From Candidatus Hermodarchaeota archaeon (lineage in GTDB: Archaea > Asgardarchaeota > Lokiarchaeia > Sigyniarchaeales > SOKP01), in assembly GCA_048885525.1 (NCBI GenBank), contig JBHLLP010000001.1, forward strand, positions 1 to 64,000: a stretch of 64,000 nucleotides of DNA, read 5' to 3'. Positions 59,890 through 64,000 of this stretch are shown here, piece by piece; within the stretch, counting starts at the first letter, position 1, and each line of letters begins with the position of its first letter. Below the pieces are notes generated by a model that ran no database searches, was not told where the DNA came from, and saw nothing but the letters and a program-made list of their open reading frames with translations. Made by a program: the position numbers and the translations under genes.

Positions 59890-60912
59890 TTAGTTTTTTT
59901 CCATTAAGCTAATTATTTCTTCTGGTAGTTCTTTTTTATTTTTCATGCGATTTAACATATCTTTTACTTCAAAGATTGTATTTCCATAGATATGGAGAGA
60001 ATTGCTAAAATCTAAATAATGACCAATAGAAATATCAAGTTGCTCAGCAACAAATTTTTGAATCCTAATCATCCCATTTACATTAGCTTCCCATGCCCTA
60101 AAGAGATCTCTGCTTCTCCAAGTTGTCTGCATAAGTAATTTTCCTTCTTTTATTCGCATATAGATTCTTTGAAGACATGGAGGATCAATATGAAATGGAT
60201 CAATTAAAGGTCTCCAAGTAATTGCTTGGGCTCTTCGTGAATATGGTCTTTCTCTTAATTTCTGTATTATATAATTTATTTGATTAATTCGGGGGAAATC
60301 AATTAGTTCAATAGGAATTTTTTCAATTCTAATTTGTTCTGAAATTTTTTTATCTAAGTCAAATTCAACTCCATTTCTTAATTTCCAGATAGAGGCTTCA
60401 GGAGTAATCTTAACTTTTTCAGCTTTTAATAACTTTTGGTGATGTCTTACAGATTTTTCATTAATAATATTTAAATTATAATTTCTGTGAATACTATCTT
60501 CAAGAGAAAAAGGAGCATAATTAAAAAGTCTATCATGATATGAGTAAGGAAAGCTTACACCAGATTCACTTAATAAATTATCATTTACACCATTCATGAT
60601 TTCTTCAATATAACCACTTTGAATAGATCCAATTAAATAAGTATCAGCAATACACCCATATACTTCATAAGCATTACCATACTTTGATCTAATTTTCATA
60701 ACTTTATCTTTACGCATGATAGGACTGCTAAAGGGTTCAGTTATCTCAATCAATACTGTTGCATCTTTCGATGGAGGATCTTCACGATAATCATATTCAG
60801 TTTTTATGTTATCACCATTAAATAATACTCTTCCAACAGCAGATAGCCAAGCATCTCTAACATTTTTTTTCGAAATAAAGAAAACTTTTGCCATTTTTGA
60901 ACGTTCTAACAA
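59890..60912 (-). CDS. thyA: Archaeal-type thymidylate synthase with internal insertion
   Basis: YSYHDRL, SRRAQAITW.P..D..PPCLQ, WRSRD..AW.AN, SLHIY. Confidence 0.85.
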   Translation of the reverse strand: MLERSKMAKVFFISKKNVRDAWLSAVGRVLFNGDNIKTEYDYREDPPSKDATVLIEITEPFSSPIMRKDKVMKIRSKYGNAYEVYGCIADTYLIGSIQSGYIEEIMNGVNDNLLSESGVSFPYSYHDRLFNYAPFSLEDSIHRNYNLNIINEKSVRHHQKLLKAEKVKITPEASIWKLRNGVEFDLDKKISEQIRIEKIPIELIDFPRINQINYIIQKLRERPYSRRAQAITWRPLIDPFHIDPPCLQRIYMRIKEGKLLMQTTWRSRDLFRAWEANVNGMIRIQKFVAEQLDISIGHYLDFSNSLHIYGNTIFEVKDMLNRMKNKKELPEEIISLMEKN

Positions 60913-61178
60913 ATTATTTTAAACTTATATCGATATAGAGATTCTTTTATTACTAACTATTATTATTTATCTGTTAAATCTTTAATAAGACTCAATTGAT
61001 CGTTTTAAATTTTTATTAAGTATAAATACTCTTAATTTTTGATCATAAATTCTCCAAAATATTTAAAAAACCTAAATTTACATTATTTTATTAAAAGAAT
61101 ATATTATTTTACTGTAATATTTATTTAGAAATTTAAAAATTAGGAGTTAAAAGATTATATAATTTTTGAGGTGATATT

Positions 61179-61352
61179 ATGGGTGGATTTGGTAAAAAAT
61201 TAAAGAAAGGGCTTGCTAAGGTAGCTGGTGGAATTGTTGAGGAAGTCACAGGTTCCGAAGCAGCAGGTAAAGGTGTAAAAAAAGCTGTTAAAAAGGGTAG
61301 CGTAAAAAAAGGGTTTAAGAAAGCAATTGAAGAAGCTACTGAAGATGATTAA
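61179..61352 (+). CDS. 57-aa Lys/Gly/Ala-rich amphipathic microprotein (missed by ORF track)
   Basis: GAGGTGA SD 4 nt before the ATG; MGGFGKKLKKGLAKVAGGIVEEVTGSEAAGKGVKKAVKKGSVKKGFKKAIEEATEDD. Confidence 0.75.
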   Translation: MGGFGKKLKKGLAKVAGGIVEEVTGSEAAGKGVKKAVKKGSVKKGFKKAIEEATEDD

Positions 61353-61471
61353 ATAGATTTTTAAATTTAAAATTTCTTTAAATCTTTTTTATTTTTTATT
61401 AACATCAAATTTTTATTAATTTATTTATTTTAAATTCTTAAATTAATTAAACTGAATGGTTTAGTTAAATT

Positions 61472-61762
61472 ATGAAATTAAAACTTGAATTTTCTCCTCC
61501 ATTTAATGAAGTTACTAAAAATCTGTTTGAAACTCTTGAATTTGATAAAGAACTGACTTTAAATGAATTGATAGAATTTTTTGGACAAAAATTTGGAGAT
61601 AAATTTACAGATTTAGTCTGGGAAAAAGGAGAAAAAGGAAAATTTAACAAACTTCTTTCTATCATTATTAATGGGAGAAGCTATCAGCATGATAAGTTTT
61701 TAGAAACAAAACTGAAAGATGGAGACCAGATTGTTTTCATTTATATTTACTTTGGTGGATAA
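61472..61762 (+). CDS. MoaD/ThiS/SAMP ubiquitin-like beta-grasp protein
   Basis: IIINGR..L.TKLKDGD.I.F...GG C-terminus. Confidence 0.85.
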   Translation: MKLKLEFSPPFNEVTKNLFETLEFDKELTLNELIEFFGQKFGDKFTDLVWEKGEKGKFNKLLSIIINGRSYQHDKFLETKLKDGDQIVFIYIYFGG

Positions 61763-61789
61763 CTGCATAAAAAAAGTTAAATTCCTTCT

Positions 61790-62821
61790 CTAAAGTAAAA
61801 TTATTATCCAGATTCCAAATCCAGTTAATAATGGATTTAATATATTATCCGAAATAGTTTTTACATAGGCATCTATTAGCATAAATAATGAACTAGCAAC
61901 TAAACTCATTATAATAATTTTCTCAATAGTTATAGGCAACCATGGATAATATAATAACGATATAACAATAACAATAATGAATGTCGATAAACCACCAGCG
62001 ATTAAGCCTTCAATTGTTTTTTTAGAATTTGTTTTAAGATAATGTCTCCCAAATTTTTTACCTATAATACATGCAACACCATCAGCGCCAGTAGTTATTA
62101 AGGCGACAGCAGCAAAAACGGGAAAAGGTGCAAAAATGAAAGGCGAAAAGGATAAAACTAATGGTGTGGATGCTATAAAAGTATGTAATTCGTTCTGTTT
62201 CATATCTAAATACCACTTTCTAGCCCAGTTTGGAAGCATGTGATACTTATTCAATCGGGTAAGGTCTGCTACTTGAAACATAAAAACAAAGCCATAGCCA
62301 ACAGTAATAATTAACCAATAAGAAAAACTGTAATTATCTAATCCCCAACGCGTTAAAATTCCAAGATTATCAAGGATGGTTCCTAATGTCCAAAAGAAAA
62401 AAATCACAAAACATGTGAATAAATGTAGAAATTTTCTTCCTAATTCACTTTTTATATCATCTACCCAGTTTTTATTGAATTCTCCACAAAATTTATTATA
62501 ATCTCTCTCTGCCATAATTTCAGGATTTTTTTTTGAAATAACGTCATTATATATTAATGTTATAGTCCAAATTCCTATTTCAATTAAAAAAAAGATAGAT
62601 GTAAAAAGCCATAAATAATTTAATGAATTTTGACTCAAATTAGGTGAATGAAATCGATACATAAAAGGAAACAGAATTCCTGCTAACAAAAATAGAAATG
62701 CTAATAATAATTCATTGATAAATAAACGGTTTTCAATCTTAATTTTTCTATTTTTAAAAATATATAAAAAGGTTAAAATAAAATATCCGATGAAGATTAG
62801 GCTTGTAGGCAAAAAATACAT
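61790..62821 (-). CDS. CTP-dependent polyprenol/diacylglycerol kinase (SEC59/DGK1/VTE5 family)
   Basis: ELGRKFLH, ADGVACIIGKKFG..KKTIEG, SDNILNP. Confidence 0.8.
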   Translation of the reverse strand: MYFLPTSLIFIGYFILTFLYIFKNRKIKIENRLFINELLLAFLFLLAGILFPFMYRFHSPNLSQNSLNYLWLFTSIFFLIEIGIWTITLIYNDVISKKNPEIMAERDYNKFCGEFNKNWVDDIKSELGRKFLHLFTCFVIFFFWTLGTILDNLGILTRWGLDNYSFSYWLIITVGYGFVFMFQVADLTRLNKYHMLPNWARKWYLDMKQNELHTFIASTPLVLSFSPFIFAPFPVFAAVALITTGADGVACIIGKKFGRHYLKTNSKKTIEGLIAGGLSTFIIVIVISLLYYPWLPITIEKIIIMSLVASSLFMLIDAYVKTISDNILNPLLTGFGIWIIILL

Positions 62822-62897
62822 ATTGTTAACCTTTAAAGGTGTATAATTTAAAAATTTTTACAGCTTCAGCTTTAGATAAAATCTATTTCACTACTCA

Positions 62898-64000
62898 TTA
62901 AAACCACTGTAAAACGAATGAATAATAATTAAAATTTAGAAAAAATCTCAAGAGCACATATGTTAAACTACAGCCAATAGGGATTAATAGATTATCAGAT
63001 AGTTTAATAGGTATATTTGTAAAGATATCAAAAATTAAAAAAATTAGTGACATAATTCCACCCCAGTAAACCCCAATAAAGAACAAGCAAATTATAAAGG
63101 TTGTTATCATTCCGGCTAATGTTCCTTCCCAAGTTTTTTTTTTATTCCATAGGATTCTACTACTTCCGAACCTTATACCAACTTGACTTGTTACCAAATC
63201 ACTAATAGAACTTATACCTAAAATTGTAAAAAATACCATTGGAGGACAAATAAATGCCGCAAACATTTGACCAATCGCAAAATAAAGATATGTGCCATAA
63301 CTTTCTCTTTCTTCATCAGAAAGATATAGTTTCGGGAAAATAGTAAAAGGGAAAGAAAAAAAGCGAGATTTACGCGCAAACTCATTAGCAAGCATAAATA
63401 AACTCAATATATAGAAAAAGAAAAAGAGGAGATAATAAAACCACCCAAATGAAAACATAATATCCCTAATAGAATTTTGATCATTTATAATTTTTAGATA
63501 GACTAATAACATATTATTTTCACGAGGAATCATTCCTGCTGAGGAACCAGAAAAGAATACAACTAAATATAATCCAATATACCATACTACTAAAAGACCA
63601 ATGAAAATTAAAACATGATTTACCTTTCGAAGAGTATCTTTTTTAGCTTTGCTCCAAATTTTTCTTTTTTGTTCCAACGTATTATTTAACTTCGAGAGAC
63701 CTTTTTTTACAGTTTTTTTACTTAAAGATGCTATCCCCGTAGAGATTATAATTAATACGCTTATCAAACCTAATGGAACCAATAAAGCAAAAATAAACAA
63801 AGGAACTAATATAGCTGGAAATAATTTTTCCCGATTCATTAATAAAAGAAAAATAGCGATATGAACAAATACAAAAAATAGAATACCAAATCCAAAGAAG
63901 TTATTTAAAGTATCTGGTTTATATGAAAAATATAAATAATTAAAAAGAATAATAAAAAAAGAGAAAATGACTAATGAAAACCAGATTAGAAAGTATTCCA
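62898..64000 (-). CDS. Second SEC59/DGK1-family kinase; 5' end runs to the window edge
   Basis: LRKVNH, SDLVTSQVG.RFG..KKTWEG, SDNLLIP; frame is open to 64000, with the start probably just outside the window. Confidence 0.8.
   Translation of the reverse strand, partial: EYFLIWFSLVIFSFFIILFNYLYFSYKPDTLNNFFGFGILFFVFVHIAIFLLLMNREKLFPAILVPLFIFALLVPLGLISVLIIISTGIASLSKKTVKKGLSKLNNTLEQKRKIWSKAKKDTLRKVNHVLIFIGLLVVWYIGLYLVVFFSGSSAGMIPRENNMLLVYLKIINDQNSIRDIMFSFGWFYYLLFFFFYILSLFMLANEFARKSRFFSFPFTIFPKLYLSDEERESYGTYLYFAIGQMFAAFICPPMVFFTILGISSISDLVTSQVGIRFGSSRILWNKKKTWEGTLAGMITTFIICLFFIGVYWGGIMSLIFLIFDIFTNIPIKLSDNLLIPIGCSLTYVLLRFFLNFNYYSFVLQWF

Noticed and set aside
1-64000. Selenocysteine/pyrrolysine read-through genes
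   Set aside because: No recognised gene appears truncated at an in-frame TGA or TAG

Overview
AT-rich archaeal chromosomal window, most likely Asgard/Lokiarchaeia (roadblock-type proteins, a Loki-CTERM-like C-terminal anchor, eS26, SCP2 paralogues, archaeal TFB/Gar1/ArcS/RaSEA/TrmY/Nep1). Core content: an rps19e-PDCD5-rpl39e-rpl31e-eIF6-rpl18a-pfdA-ftsY-secE block, dnaG, ahcY, a nickel/cobalt ECF transporter, an ABC-2 exporter, and four tRNAs, three of which carry non-canonical BHB introns. Most notable observations: (1) a tandem Lrp/AsnC regulator with a single, well-conserved TBP repeat inserted between its two halves; (2) an unexplained ~400-nt structured intergenic RNA candidate with its own TATA-like element; (3) a Thermotoga-type myo-inositol catabolic cluster (iolG/iolM/iolN/iolO plus transporter and an unknown cupin), with uxuAB nearby; (4) homologous 30-nt T-loop introns shared by tRNA-Phe and tRNA-Asp; (5) several genes that must or probably start at ATT/ATA codons; (6) a 57-aa amphipathic microprotein missed by the ORF track; (7) a 30-bp-phased ATCAA array upstream of dnaG. 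No CRISPR array, rRNA or transposase was seen. All product calls come from motifs recognised by eye, not from database searches.
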